NCBI GenBank assembly: GCA_051294905.1
Contig: CM119372.1
Location: 5,334,001 to 5,398,000, forward strand
Direction of reading: 5' to 3'
DNA: 64,000 bases
From: Botryllus schlosseri
Taxonomy: Eukaryota
Shown in pieces: positions 49,479 through 63,819 of the stretch. Each line of letters opens with the position of its first letter. Position 1 is the first letter of the stretch. Below the pieces are notes generated by a model that saw only the letters and a list, made by a program, of their open reading frames with translations, did not search any database and was not told where the DNA came from. The translations under genes and the position numbers were made by a program.

Positions 49479-50438
49479 AATGGGGGAGATGTGGTACCGA
49501 TGGATCACTGGGACCGAAAATACTTTAAAAATTCTCTATGATAATTCCATGATTACACTCCGTGAACTTGTCTACAATTGCATGCTGGCAAAATCTTTCC
49601 TCACATACAAAAAATTTCGACGTGCGCGAGCTATGGGGTCTCGGACAGATCTTTTCTGTTTTGGGGGGTGTAAACTAAATTTCGATCGACGCATACATTT
49701 TTCTTTGTAACCTTCAACACGAACAAACCAGCAATCGTTTTTAATGTGAAGTGTATATCAGGCTATATATTGGCACCTATTATTTTATTCAATACCTTCC
49801 TTGAGTGGAATTTTTTTCGATTCATGTATAAAATTCGTATAGGGTGGGGACAGATGATACAATAGCCAAATCAAGCAAAATATTGAAGCATACTAATCAT
49901 GCAACAACTGAAACATGCCTACGTACAGAAACTCTTTATGTAATAATTGCATATGATGTTTGATCGCTATATCGAGGTATTTGGAAGTCACAATATCGAT
50001 TTTCGGGCAATCTGTATGTACTGTAAAATTTATAAATTCGAGCCTAAACGAAACGTGATTTTATGGCAACATTTGAGTTATTATTTATTCTATTTTTTGA
50101 CGGTTGCGACCAAACATTCTTCTTTGGCTTGCTGTAGCTTCGATTATAGTACTGAGCAAGAAAAATTGTCACGTCCGAGTTTTTGAGAGTATGTCTCATA
50201 GGTCCGCGGGTCGTGTGCCACTGGACCCACCGAGTGGGGACCAATGATACTTTAGAGCAACAAATTTTGAACGTCCATAAATATTTTTTGAAAAGACGGA
50301 TATTCCTGTACATGTGCGCGATAGGTAGAGCTTGTATCAAAGTGTTGAGCCAGCAAAAGATCCGCTGTTTTCGGCTGAAAATTTTAGGGCCAGCGATCAT
50401 TTTCCAATTTTTGATCCATCGGTACCACATCTTCCGTA
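49479..50438. mobile_element. Non-autonomous DNA transposon with ~25-bp TIRs
   Basis: GGGAGATGTGGTACCGATGGATCA at ~49484 and TGATCCATCGGTACCACATCTTCC at ~50412-50435. Confidence 0.75.
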
Positions 50439-51228
50439 TATCATTGTAGATGCAGAAGGTTGTTCATAGCTTGCAGCAGACACTCGTCAATCGCAAATGG
50501 TCTGATGCAGGGGTTGGCAACCCCGGCACGCGTACCATTCGTGGCACTCGAGATGATTTTTCATGACACGCAAAATGATCTAACGCAGCACACGACATAT
50601 TATAACCATGTCTGTAGCAAAACATTTAACAGAAGTTTTCAAAATGGAAAAAGCTCGTAGATCACCCAAAACAGGGTCTTTTTAAGACGATTTTATTTAT
50701 CTTGAAAATCTCTTTCGCCCCCCTCGCGATTTACCGGGACCTAATTTCTTCATTTTAATGTGGGCAGCCCTCTAAAAATGTATATACGACAACATAATAT
50801 TGTATGAAACCATTTGGATGCTTTAATGTTTAGTCTAAGGGTGTGCACTGTGTAACCTGTGGGAGCGCGAGTATTTTATGAACCAGCATTTCGGAGTTGA
50901 GGCATTTTCACGCTAGAAGACCCACGTTTCAGGTAATATGCGACTCGTGTGCTGCCAAAAATGATTGGAGGCGATAAAACCTTGCAATAAAATAACCGCC
51001 GCATGTTGGCCAAAACGTTCGACATTGATATGTCCATTATTCGGACGCCAAATCGATCGGCGCCGAATAGTCCGGCGCCAGCAGCTTGAGCCGCACGTAT
51101 TAAATGAGAGTCGCAGAGAAAAATAATGAGTCTGATGTCAAAATGCGAATTCGGAATCGTATTCGTCTCACGAAAGGATATGTTGTTTTAGTTTCGTCTG
51201 ATACGCACAAGGGTAAAGCGGTTGACTG

Positions 51229-51680
51229 TTAAAAACACTTTTTCTTCAAATTTCACTGGCTGCGTGATAAAATTGTTAGGTTGATTAAAAAAAGCGAAAT
51301 TACGGCAATAGAAAAATTAGGATCTTTTATGAAAAAAATCAAAAATAAAATTTCAAAATTTTTGTCCACCCCATAAGATTGTTATGCTATCAGTAGAAAT
51401 GATTTACACCAAATTTGACCCAATTCCAACCGCTAGAAGCGAAGTTATTGCAGCAGAAAAATTTCTAATTCTACGATTTTATAATAAATAATGAAAGAGT
51501 TAGCCACCGTAAATACTTTTTTATTCAAATCCAAACTTTTCTACTGCAATAACTTTCCTTCTACTGCTTGGAATTGAGTTAAATTTGGTGTGCACCATTT
51601 CTACTGACAGCCTATCAATTTTATGGGGCTGGCAGAAAATGTGATTTTCTCATTCATTTTTTATATAGTAAATCCAAATC
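51229..51680. mobile_element. Degenerate copy of fold-back MITE family A
   Basis: Contains ACCAAATTTGACCCAATTCCAACC, CACCGTAAATACT and GGAATTGAGTTAAATTTGGTG, motifs shared with 5691-6217. Confidence 0.7.
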
Positions 51681-52652
51681 TGGAGCAACGACAACCTTTA
51701 CCGCGATATTTGGAGCTTTGCAGAGAAAGCTAGTGTCAGACCAACCTAATTGTGACATCAAACAGACTTGTATAATACAATGATGGGCACATTTTTCATC
51801 GTCAGGCCAAATCGTCGTAACATCTTTGATGGGCCTGTCACTTATTGGCTACGGTAACGAACACAGTGGACTTGGAAACGACCAAAGCAACCACAGAAGA
51901 TCAACCAGTACGCGACCAAAATTAAATGACGCAAATATAACGTACTTCAGGCGATAGGTCTAGTGCGGTATAGCGACCAAAATTTATGCCCTACGCGACC
52001 AATGCTGTAAGAATCAATTGTGTAACCGATAGCGTTGCCAGCTGCAGGTTAGCGGTTGGTGGGATTCCTTGCCTGGAACGGTAAATATGACAAAATTAAA
52101 AATGTATGGCACGCCAGTTGACAATATTTTGACATTTTTTGATATTTTGGCACACTGTATGGTGTATACGAAAGGTTTCCGACCTCTGGATGTAATATAC
52201 ACCTTGATGTTGCTATTCTATTTTTATCGTGCCGACTGCGGCTACCTTTGAAGTCTACCTTTGAAGTCTACCAGACCGCGTAACTGCGCGCGATTATCGC
52301 GTCATCTATTTGTTTGGTTGCTGAACAATCGATTGTGACGTCAATCTTAAAATTGAGTTGGAAATGAATCCGCTCTGCTTCGGTAGGAAGCTTCTTACGA
52401 GATACGGCTTTTTTGTTCCTCGAAATACGTTAATAATTCAATGTTATTTTTTGCAGTTGAAACTTATAATTTGTACCGTAGAGTTTTTCCAGTAGCTTAT
52501 CACTACTTTTCTCTTGAAAGTACTAGGTATCGGTACTGGTTCCCAGTGTCTATGCATCTACCGGTGTCGTAGGCTACCGGTAACATTCGACCTCATTTTT
52601 GCTTAATCGGCACTGACCAGTATATTTCTTCGATTCCAAATAAACATAGAAG

Positions 52653-55600
52653 ATGTTTGCGACAACAAAACTTTACGGACTACCAATGCCAGCTGTTTCT
52701 GCTAGGCGCAGAGAAAGAAATGCAGGTATCTGTTTAAAAGGCCTATTCAAGATGACGAGATAGGAACAAAATTATGTGTCTTGCTATTGGTACAAGTTTT
52801 GATTTTAGTCAGGGCTGTAGAATGTAAAGCATGTGGACAAAAACTGTCACACAACGATATTTCACAAATGTTAACCACGATAGGCTGGCGACCTTGTGAC
52901 AAAGTACACTATTATACGCCGAATCACAAAACACTCAATTTACGGCTAAAGACGATTCAAACGGGCCGACTATTTTGGAAGGCTAAAGTACAGTAGTAAG
53001 TATTTGGATTATAGGTCCGGAAGCTGACCGCTGCGCAGCTGTGGCCCACGCGTAGCATTATGTATGTTGCTAACCGTCGCAGTGCGTTGATCCAGCTTCA
53101 TTGCTCAATATAATCTCTCTTACCAGGGAGCGGAAAAGAAAAGTCTTCGGAAAAGAAAATGCCTCTCAGTCTATCAGATCCCAAGACTCAGAAATTAGCG
53201 CTGATTGTTGTTAGTGGTATGCTGTTTGTCACTGCCCTGGCGGCATTGCTGCTTGGTAAGTTTGCTCAATCGCCGTTCTGTGTCTCACGCAACTAATTAC
53301 AATTGTGCCGGGAAATAATCAGAATGCGGATTGCGGAATTCTCTCTGTTGGACTCAGCACTGACCCTTACTGATTAACGTAGCCTACTCCTAAGAATTGC
53401 AGACAAAGATTCAGCTTATAGCACACGTTACTTTGTCCTATTCACGACGAAGAAATATGGAATAAAGCTTAATGATGATGATCATAATAACAACTTTCCT
53501 TTGCAAGTGCAAAATTCTCAGTTTGAATTAATGCTATACGATGGGTCTCGGGAAGAGATGGTCGGATTCCCAAATTTCGGGATCCGAATATATCCGGATC
53601 CGGCTGACAATTTGAAAATTTAGAGTCTGAAAAAAATCCTGCCAGAACAATGCTAATTGTCATATTTCAGCAGAAATATCCGGCTAAAATCCAACCGTCA
53701 ACGTCTTAGTCTGGATCCAATCCCGCTAGATAAAAAATCAATGAAATCCTTCTCCGGCTCCGGCTCCTGACTGTGGGCATGCTCTCGGGTATCGAGGGAC
53801 CGGCTTTTTTCATATCCCGGATACTGTGAACTCGCAATCCACGAAAATGATACGCTATAGATATGGAGTAGCCTAGTTAACTTGATTTTCTTGACTGAAG
53901 TCAAAATTGCGGAGCTACATTCCCGGATTTAATCTTGAGCAGGGCTGGATTGAGACTGAAACTCTCCCCTCTGGTTTATCTAATGTCGGGTCGGATTCTG
54001 CACTCCTGACGTGTTCCAGCATGTCCGACCGACAAATAGGACATATTGTGTGACGGCAGTTTGATGCAGTGTGCATGCCTCCCGTATACATCGCCTTTTA
54101 AGCCGGGTGGGTGTCTGATTTCAATGACCACTCCACGCCGTTTCGACACCTTACTATCTTTCATTGTATCGCAGTCTTGTGGACTGGGGTGTATAGAAAT
54201 GATGAAATTGTTAACAATAAATTGAATTGCATTGAACCATGGTGAAAGGTGAATTTAGTACAGTCTTTAGCTGGAAAGTAAAGGCGTTGTATTTAATTTT
54301 CTGACGTTTCTTGAATGTAACTTTGCCTTTTTGACCAATTTTCCGACATGTGGCCCGCGACCAAAACCAAACCGCTGATCTACACCTTCCAGGCAACTAA
54401 TCTTGTTTCGACAACCAGAGCACCGATTGAACGTCTCGTGTCGTAAGACATCTTATACACTCACCGGGCTGTCGTGTTTTACAGTCGCCCTGCATGAAGA
54501 TTCCGTCCTCTCGTATAATCTCCCTATGAAGCAATTCGCCGGTCATCTGATCGTGGAAAAAGACTCTGGCAGCTTCTTGGAATGGTCCGACGAATATCAA
54601 GATTTGAGTTCGGCCGCTTCGCAAACGCTCGCCACCAAGCTATCGGCGACTGTAAGTTACTGCGAACCAGTGGCGGATAGAGATCTTTGCTGCATTTCTA
54701 TTTATTCAGCTTCTCGACGGCTTTGAAAAAGAAGGGGTGCTTGTCGATGATTTGCGTATAGTGCAGCATGCCGCCACCGAGCCGCAGTCTTTCGCAGTTG
54801 TCACTAAGGTCGCGGGGGGAGGAACCGAATCTGAGGAGGTGTGTGGCAAACCGCGTACTGCGCCTGTAGCAATCGTAGCAATCGAAGCAATCTATTATAT
54901 CGCTCACGTCACTAACCTGGTATAGACGTATTCCAATTTACATTCGCCACGTTTCAGGCGTCTGACGTTTCACTAGGGATATCTATTAGTGTGAACGTGA
55001 GGTTCACTTTCGCGTTCTGAGTGTGAACTTCAGAAACTTAGAGGTTCATGTTCACAAACGAACCTTGGTAGGTTCTGCACTGTGAACCTTTATTCATATA
55101 TTGCAATTTTCACATCATTACAACATCTTTGGTTGGAATTTATTGCATTTCAACTGCGGGCCACTCGATGCATGGCGCAGGCAGCATAAAAAAATCAGCA
55201 CTAACCGAGCATGCCCCTTGACAATCTCAAAAATTTTACTCGCTTTGTTACAAAAGTTTGCTCGAAATATCTAGCTTTTCGTTTGTGTGTATTTAGCGAC
55301 TCTCTGCTGTGAGCTTGACCCGCAATCACGCAACATCAAGAGCGAAATACACTACATGTAGGTAGTCAGCGAATGATGCTTATTCAACCGATCAATGAAG
55401 TTGAGATCGGTATCTGATGGAAAAAAACCTAGCCGGCGTATGGTGTCAATCTTCACTTCATATGTTTATTTTATCATAAAAACCAAATCCGTGCGATTGA
55501 GGTGTTGACTACTGCTTTGTAACTTGCTAATGGGGTAATATCGGTAGCTAGTAGGCCTAGAAACCCGTTTACACTCAGCTCAATATCAACGTAGCAGTAC

Positions 55601-58600
55601 TCAGCCGCCGAATACATCGTCCGGTCTGGCCTAGACCGGGAAGGCGCAAGCTTATATTCCCTTGCAAGACCTCGTCGAAATCGTTGGAAAAGCGACGGCA
55701 TTATGTGTCACGAGTCTTCGCTAGTTATCGTGTACCTGTACATTAATAGAGGTTGGAATTAGCATAATGACGTCACGTGACGTCAAGAGGTTCACGTCCG
55801 CGTTCACACAGAATCTTCCAAAAAGGTTCGCGTTCACACGAACCTGAGCCTTTCAGAGGTTCACACAATCCCTAATATCTATATTGTTGTTTCTGTCGCT
55901 TCACGCTTTCATCGGGAACTCGGAATATGAGTATTGATCATCAGTCAGCTTGCAGAAAATCCTTGAGCGCGCGTCGCGAACCTTATACCTAACTGGAACT
56001 GTACTAGAAACGTATTTTTAATCGTTAACTAACTTACAGCAACAAATGACAGAAGATCTGCGATAAACACAGAAGAATCAATTCATAGCTGTCTTATAAT
56101 TATGATTATGATTACGAAAGAAGTGTTGCTTTCAATTGAACCGATGATTTTTTGGACGCCACACTCACGATAGTTTCCAATAAAACGATAACAAGAGGCA
56201 TCGTCGTCAACAAGTCTGACTACTTGCTAATCACCTAGTGGGAGCGTGGACACACGACCGCGTGACGCAATAGCATGCGCCATCTCAGCGTGCGACACTT
56301 AAACATACGGGTTAGGGTTAGTGTCCAGTTCGCTTTATAGCGTTAGGCTAGGTAAGAGTTAGGGTTAGGGTAAAGGTTGGGACCTGGGTTAGATGGAGCA
56401 TATAAAGTCGTATGCTCAAGTGCCGTTTTTCACAGTGTCGCATGCTCAAATGTCGGGCAAGTAGCCAAGTACTGTAATGACATAAATACAAATTTCATTT
56501 CGTTCACTACGATCAAATTGACGCGTGCTATGCAGTACTGTCCCAACAATATTTCGGATTTCTTCCACGCCCTATCAGTACGCAACTGGTACAAATTACA
56601 CCGATCATTTTCGATCAAACCCGTCTACAGTTCAACGACGTTCGCTTCGTGAACGTCAGCTTCGAAACGTACGGCACTCCGGCGGCAAACATTCCCGTCT
56701 TCATGGCGTCCAACAACCGGTGGGGCTTGGTGGCGGAAGTGATTCAAGCCAGGCTCGCCGCCGCGGGTCTGGGCGTGCGATTGGAAAAGCTGGCGGGTAA
56801 TGCTTTTTTCATTGTTATTTCGATTTGGTTTTTTAGAGGAAGGCAAAGAGTAATTCGCTTTTTCGTGACAGTGCAAACCGATTTCATCGGGAACGTACAA
56901 GCGGCCGCTCGCGACGACTTGTCTCGCTTGCAAGTACAGCCGACGAGCCCGCCTCTTGGTAAGAATTTACTCTACCGCCAGCAGGGGTGGCCACTGGCCA
57001 GTGACGGAATACTTCTACATTTTTTGAGTTGTTTACTCAGCTATATAGAAATTATGTGGTTACCACCTGTTGGTCTTCCGCGTCGCGGTCAAAGATTGTG
57101 TACAAATAAAAGCACCCTCGGTCAACGATGGCGGGGTACTCAAGTAGCATTTGACTATACTTGCAATATATACTCAAGTGGTTTTGTCTGCAGACTACTT
57201 CCACTTCTCATTGACAGTATTACGGTAAAGTGCAAGGTCAAAAAGGTTGGGAACCACCGCTCACAGCCATTTAAGCTAGGCTACCTGTAAAATCTCAATC
57301 AATTTTCAACTTTTCGCTGTGGTCTATGAGAATGTGTTTGCGTAGTTGACGTGTGCGACTGCGAAGCGGATGGGAGTGGAAATCTCGGCAGTTCGATGCT
57401 ATGCCGGTGCGAGTCGCCCTGCTTCCCGCCGGGAGACAAGGTGTTGTACGGGGGCGCGAAAGGGATTTTCACGTTGGACTCGCCCATCTGCTTGGCTGCG
57501 TTTTATGTTGACGCGATTGAGGTAGGTGTGATGCAATGCTGTACTAACGCGGAATCGTGTTTAGTGCAATAGCCATTAGTTCAAACTGCATTGCCTTAAT
57601 GCCTTACGCGCCCTACTTGAAATGAATGTTCCGTCACCTCTACTAATCCCACACCTGAAATTTTCATTGTCTGTTTTACGCCAAGATAAATTTTGATATT
57701 TATGCCAACCAACCACAGCAAAATTTGTAATAACTTCTGTAGGGTTGAGAGCAGGGTGTGATCGGACGAGTTCAGTCTACCTAGAGAAATATGATTCATC
57801 TTTGGTTGGACAAATCAATAATTCTCTCTCTCTCCCCCCTCTCTACAACTGTTCATAGTGTTCATGTCCAAAGTAGTACCTACTATACTCTTCGATCAGA
57901 TTCATTAGCGCACGTACGATTCGAACACGCGAATCAGAATTGCGTAATAATTGCGATGCAGTTTCACTGAACTTTTACGCCCCTTCCCATTTGCTAAGTT
58001 ATATTTATCAACGAATATTACCGTTTCAATACTTTTCCCTACGTGGATGTCTTGAAACCTCGATTGGGCGTGTCACAGCATCCTCAACGTGTAATAATGC
58101 TACTCACTTTAATGCACGGTGAATGGCAGTCTTCTGCCTGACCCGGAAGGGAGCAGCAAATGTCAAACTGATTTGCTGCGATAAATATTCGTAATGTTTT
58201 GGATGTAGTTGTTTGCGAAAATCATATTTGAACGGCTTTGTTCTTTTAACACTCCGTCGATGCACAGATCATTTTGTGCACCCGCAATCTATCGTAATGT
58301 ATTGGATGTGCAGTTAGATTTGTATTGTTTTGTGACTCAGTGAAACTTGAGCGTTCGCCTGAGGATTGCAGATTAGAATGAGGGATCCCAAGGTTTTTCA
58401 AAGTTAAGAATCACAAATAATCGAAGGCGACACCCCAGCTTTTCTGTTATATCGCAGGCCAATGGCGGCATCGTGGAAGTGATACCGATAGGCAAAGGCA
58501 ACGTGACGACGGCAGAAGCTCAAAACGGACTGGCGCCGGCCAACTTACCGTATCAGACGGATTTGTATAAGATAAAAAGTAGGTCCCGACGATGTCTGCC

Positions 58601-61600
58601 TGTAACTCATCGCGTGACTATATTGTAACCGAAACCGATGCAGCTTTGAGCGTTACATTCCTGCTCATAGGGACTATGTGACACATTCCTTGACAGCTAG
58701 ATAATTCTAGTTGCATAATTAGACTATTTGGAGTAAAATAAAGGTAGTCTAATTTGTGACATGTTTCTATGCTCTTATCCAGGGGTGGGCAATTATTTTT
58801 CTCCGCGGGCCAAATGAGAAGCAGAAAATATGTTGGCGGGATGCATGTTTTAACACTGAGCGAGATTTCTTATATACACTAATTTGCAACGTTTTATGCC
58901 CGAAGCGCGGAATTTTTCCATGTTTCATGATTCAATCGGTCAATAATATTGGTAATTGCATATAGCTATATTTTTTAAACCTCTTTCATCCCTCGTACTC
59001 AGTTTTACCGCTAGAGCAGAGTAAGGTGCTGTCATGGAAATATTCGAGAGGGCCTGTATGTATAATTACTTCGTTACTTGTTGCTATTTCGTGACCTCCC
59101 GTCTGCTATGGGAAACTATATTGAAATTGCCAAAGCGTACTAAACTAAAAGACGCACACGATTCCCAATTGATATTTTGTCACTGGAAAATATTGCCTAC
59201 GGACCATTGCACATCGTGGTTTTCGGTCAACATGAGGACAGTCTTTTTGGGCCAAGGCTTTCTCGCTGTCGAGCTTTTACTTAGTTAATTTGATCAGCGG
59301 TTGCAATTGCAGTGCCTTCTCGGAATCCCGTGTTGGCCTAAAAATCATATATCTTGGTACGTCGTGGCGCGGTAATGGCTGACGCCGAAATACCCAATTC
59401 CATAACCATTGATCCCGAAATCGCGCCCAGCGCGAGAAAAATTTGAAAGAAGTTGCATAAATTTTCGAAAACTACTCTATAATTTTTGGTCGTTCACGAA
59501 ATAATTTTGGGCGCCCATCGAGCTCACCCCCCAATTGGTGGTTTGGAGTGCGGCAGTTACGGTCCTGGGGATACTGTAAAGCTTGTTGTCTTGGTAGCTG
59601 GTTTCCAAGAAGTGTGCAGCTTGCCGAAATGGACTTGTTGTTGAGCCAAAGCTTGCAGGTATTCCGAAATTCGCCGTCCCTTGATCGAGTGTCGGCCCTA
59701 TGTCTTCGTGTTTTAGTCGTAGAACCGACTTAAATAATACTCCTTGAACACGGCGACGTGCTTGGCACTAACTACTAAAAAGACTGGTAGTAATCAAATA
59801 TTTAGTCCTCCGAACGATCTTTGAATTTCAACTTTCGGCTTTCTTTTTTGACATCCTTTATGGGTTGTCATAGAAATCACGGGCAGTGATTGACTTGTTA
59901 AGGATTCGGAAACACATCACGTAACAATTTGAAACACAGACCGTGTAATTCGTAATGTGACAATGGCAACAAAGAAGGTTTGGTGACTTGTTGTGACTTT
60001 AATTGTAACGGCATAATTTGCTAAATTGACTTACTTTGAATCAGGATCAGGCACGTGAGGTACGCATAGGCTGCGTAATCGCGGTATGTTAATGAACAGG
60101 CTTGATAGTAAACGAACTTTCGGTTCAGCTAATACATACTATGGTTTTAGTCCACGCAGCAACATTAAAAAGTAGGTTTTATATTTTCAATTTCAAGCAA
60201 CCTTTCACGGGCCGCACTTTGCCCAGGCCTGCTCTAATCTAATGTAATTCTGGTTTTCCTGAATATGCTACAAGAGAACAAAGTTGGTGTGCAGCGTTTT
60301 TTAGGGTAACCTCACAATTTAATCAGTGAATGGCTGGAATCCGGGAAAAAAAGTTATTTTTGAACAGCCCTACTGAACAATGAACATGCGGCCCGCGACT
60401 TGATTTCAGATTTTGGAAGAAAGCTAAGAAAACCATTTTGAAATGCTGAAATTGACTACAGTTTCCACATATCGTTGTTGGTGTTACAAAATAAGCTATT
60501 CTTCTATGCCCAACATCACTATTCGCCAATAGCTAAAACGGCTTTGGCGATGGCAACATCATTCCATCGAGAGAGAATCAGCTGATATCGACGGGCATAT
60601 TGCCTTGAAGTGCAATGGCCCAAACACTGCCAAGACCGAGACGCTTAGAAAATGGCGTACGGCTGTGGTTCTCCAACTTGGGGCGCCCCTCTTCTGGGGA
60701 TGTGAAAGGGTCTGATAAGGGCACGGATCTGCGGTCAACTGATATTTTTTTCGCGCCTTGCGCGATTTATCTCAAATTCGTCTACTTATTGCTCTGTGTA
60801 TAGTTCGGAAATCATATTATAGAATTCATCAAAAGTCATAACCTTCCATGCCATCAAACTACCCGTTGGGATTACTAGCCTTCTGGTTGCATTTCGCGAC
60901 ATAACGATAAGGGAGGCGCGGAATTTTCAGCATGATAAAGGGGGGTATGTCTAAAAAAGTTTGAGAACCACTGGCTTTGGGATTCAACACTAGATCAAAG
61001 CTTTACGTGAAGATGGTCTTTCAGCTAGTAACGCATCTCCCTAGCCCTAATATCGATTCCTTAGTCGCTGACAAGCGTTTCCAGGTATTGTGCACAGATC
61101 AAAGTTCAAAATAGAATATAATAAGTATCTTGATCATCACTCTTCTTTTGTACTATGAGCTGCGCACGCTACCTGACAACGCTTTGCAGCGACTAAGGAA
61201 TCGATATTGGGGTTGGCGAGACACTACTAGCAGCATGACTATCACCTCGCAATGCCTGATCTTGTGGGGAAGCGCCAAGCCGTTTTCTAAGCATCTCGGT
61301 CTTGGCAGTGTCACGGACTTGAACGTCAAGGCAGTATGCCCAATTCCCAATTGCCCATTCATATAAGCTCATATGATTATATCCCTAAGTGGAATGCTGT
61401 TGCCATCGCTGACGCCGTTTCAGCTAGTGATGAATAGTGATGCTGGACACAGGAGAATATCAAACTTTGAACAACAACAACGATATTTTGAAACTGAAAT
61501 CAATTTCAGCGTTTCAAAATGCTTTGCCATTCGGAAATCTCAAATCAGATATCGAGCCGCGTGTTGTTGACCCCCCTTCCTTCGTCGTTCTCCATTTATG

Positions 61601-62078
61601 CTTTTCTAATCTGTCAAGCATAATTTGAATTAGAATGTTGTGTTTGCTTGATGCCGTGGTATAATTCTGAGGTAGGTGTTATTCTCGCGTATCACCTTTT
61701 GGACGTGAATACACAATCTCTTCGTTAAGAGTATGGTTCCGTTGTTAGTTTCCTCGGGGGCCTGCTTGTCTCTCATGTCAAATCTACTGAATGCACATTG
61801 CACAATTGTATACCTCTATTATACACTACTACTCTAACTCTCATACTGTGAGTGATAAGGGCTGTACTAAGGCACCTAACCCTGATCCATAAGCGGCCGA
61901 CTTTTTCTATGTTCGATTCACTTCATCCCACAGGCTACGGGCCGGTTATCAAGCCGTCGATCGACCCGATATCGCCGCTGCAAGCCCTGGAATTACAGTT
62001 CGCTGCAGGCAAGAACACTGAAATGATGGTGGTGCACGTGCTCTACACCGAACTCAACGGAAAGCCTGTCAATTACGG
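52653..62078 (+). CDS. Type II membrane protein with SEA-like region and LCCL domain (3'-incomplete)
   Basis: In-phase exons 52653-52725, 53127-53255 (TM LALIVVSGMLFVTALAALLL), 54485-54651 (FAGHLIV...EWSDEYQDLSSAASQTLATKL, SEA-like), 54710-54838, 56631-56796, 56872-56958, 57346-57521 (CRCESPC...VLYGG..GIFTLDSPICLAAF), 58458-58578 (NGGIVEV...QNG, LCCL) and 61934-62078. No stop codon reached. Confidence 0.75.
54974..55874. mobile_element. Second, oppositely oriented copy of the 36820-38008 hAT family
   Basis: Reverse-complement similarity to 36820-38008 without the nested insert. Ends CACAATCCCTA followed by ATATCTAT, which also occurs at 54979-54986. Confidence 0.8.
58780..60231 (-). mobile_element. 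Decayed hAT (Charlie/SPIN-like) transposon with transposase fragments
   Basis: Termini CAGGGGTGGGCAA...TTGCCCAGGCCTG. TSD CTCTTATC/CTCTAATC (1 mismatch). Minus-strand remnant HVAVFKEYYLSRFY at ~59720-59760 resembles the N-terminal zinc-finger region of this transposase group. Frameshifted. Confidence 0.7.
60385..61565. repeat. Pair of ~270-bp diverged inverted repeats (60385-60658 and 61278-61565)
   Basis: ACACTGCCAAGACCGAGACGCTTAGAAAATGGC pairs with GCCGTTTTCTAAGCATCTCGGTCTTGGCAGTGT, and TTTTGAAATGCTGAAATTGA pairs with TCAATTTCAGCGTTTCAAAA. Confidence 0.8.
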
Positions 62079-62997
62079 GTAACTTTTCGCTCCCGCGCAG
62101 CTCGAATCTACAACTACTACGAACATACTTGTACAAACTACTGTATTCTCGAAATGCGCAACTAGAACCAGAGCTACGCATTTTTCAAAACTCGCAACTA
62201 GAACTCGAACTAGAACTAATGACCTTTAAAAGTCCAGCCACTCTAAAACACAAATAACTAGATCGGATTCCGAAGCAACTCTTCATAAGGACTGGTTTTC
62301 GAGTTTGAAATGGGAGCGGATTCGACCCCCTAAAAATCACCCCTTGGCTACGCCACTATCAATAGTGATGACTCTGGGCTAGCATTGGCTGGAAAAACAT
62401 CACGCAACAGAACACCGGTACCGCGATTCACCCCAAACGACAACACTGGTTTCTAGTTCTGCAATTCAGTTTTTGTAAATGGGGAACTAGAACTAGAACT
62501 ACTCAAATAATATAGTTGGTTGACGGCCAACTAACTTGATTGGTAGTTTGTACGAGTCTGACTACGAATCCTGTGATTGACACAGAACGCATGGTACAGT
62601 CGAATGTGTAATGTATATATTTCTGATTGCGATACAAATTTGCGAAAGTAGAGCCACATTCGCGCCGCCAGTGCAACTCATAGTTTCTTGACAGATCGAG
62701 TCTGGGCAACATCCAAAGCAGCGAGACGAAGCGGCTTTCCGGGATCATCAAACCTAAGGTAAGGCCGACGCTTTCGGATACGTGACCTCGGCGAGAAACG
62801 TGATTTCGACTTCGTTGTTCACGATTTTCCAGTTTCCGCTCTCGTGGCAAGTCACGTTCTCCTGCAATGGAAAGCGGGTGTACCGTGATCGCGAGATAGC
62901 TTAGACGGAATTTTAGGCGATGACGTGTTATAGGTAGGGCGATACATATTGCACAATGACCCGAGTACTCGAATCTGAATCGAGTATCAATTGTAAT

Positions 62998-63540
62998 TAG
63001 GGCGATTTTTTACATAAAAACGGAAAATTTTGACATTTTTTGATCTTAAAAAACTTAATTTTGACCAAATTTTGCCCTCATGTATGTAAATTAGGTGTTT
63101 TCGCATATAATGTTGGAATTGTACTACTTATCTTCAGATCTGGTTCGAACTTGCCTGTCCTTACGAAGTAGTTTGGCCTGAAAACACTTTTTTGACTTGA
63201 AAACTGACAAATTTTTACATGAAAAAACTTTATCTTAAGGAAATCTGGACCTATCAAGAATTCTGGTAGTTACATCACGCATTATGGTAGAAATAATAAA
63301 AATTTGTTGTTGTATACTACAACAACAGCAACAACAACAATGAGAGGTGTTTTGCTCTATTATCGGGTAGAAGGTGTCTGTCCTTACTAAGTGGCTTGTC
63401 AAAATATGGAGAAAGAACGTTCAACAGCAGCATTTGTTGGCTGGCAACACTGAAGTTGTGCGTACACTGCTGGTTACACAACCGCGTTGTTTCATTCTGA
63501 CAATGTTGTCTACTTCACAATTTTTCATCATGCGCTTATT
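62998..63540. mobile_element. Second copy of the 18590-19229 hAT family (right end not seen)
   Basis: Starts TAGGGCGATTTTTTAC. Colinear similarity to 18590-19100 (CTCATGTATGTAAATTAGGTG, GTCCTTACGAAGTAGTTTGG, CACTGAAGTTGTGCGTACAC). Confidence 0.8.
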
Positions 63541-63819
63541 GATATGAGAACCAATGTCAACGCAGTCTTGTTTCAGTTAGGATATTGCGGTACGTTGAGC
63601 ATAACACTATCTCAACCTATTTGTTGCATTAGACCGTTTATAATTCACAATGCGCAGACAAGGGTACAACGGTAGGCATATAAATAACTATGGTCGATTT
63701 ATTGCTGGCATATGGGTACATTTCGGAACCGGGTGGTGTCGAGATTGAATGTTTCTACCCTCACTGCGGTCATTCTCGGACAAGATGTTACTGCCGTCGA
63801 TCCATTAGTCTCAGGTCTA

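Noticed and set aside
56308..56392. TTAGGG-like repeats
   Set aside because: Only a few degenerate units inside an intronic repeat. Not a telomere or a real array.
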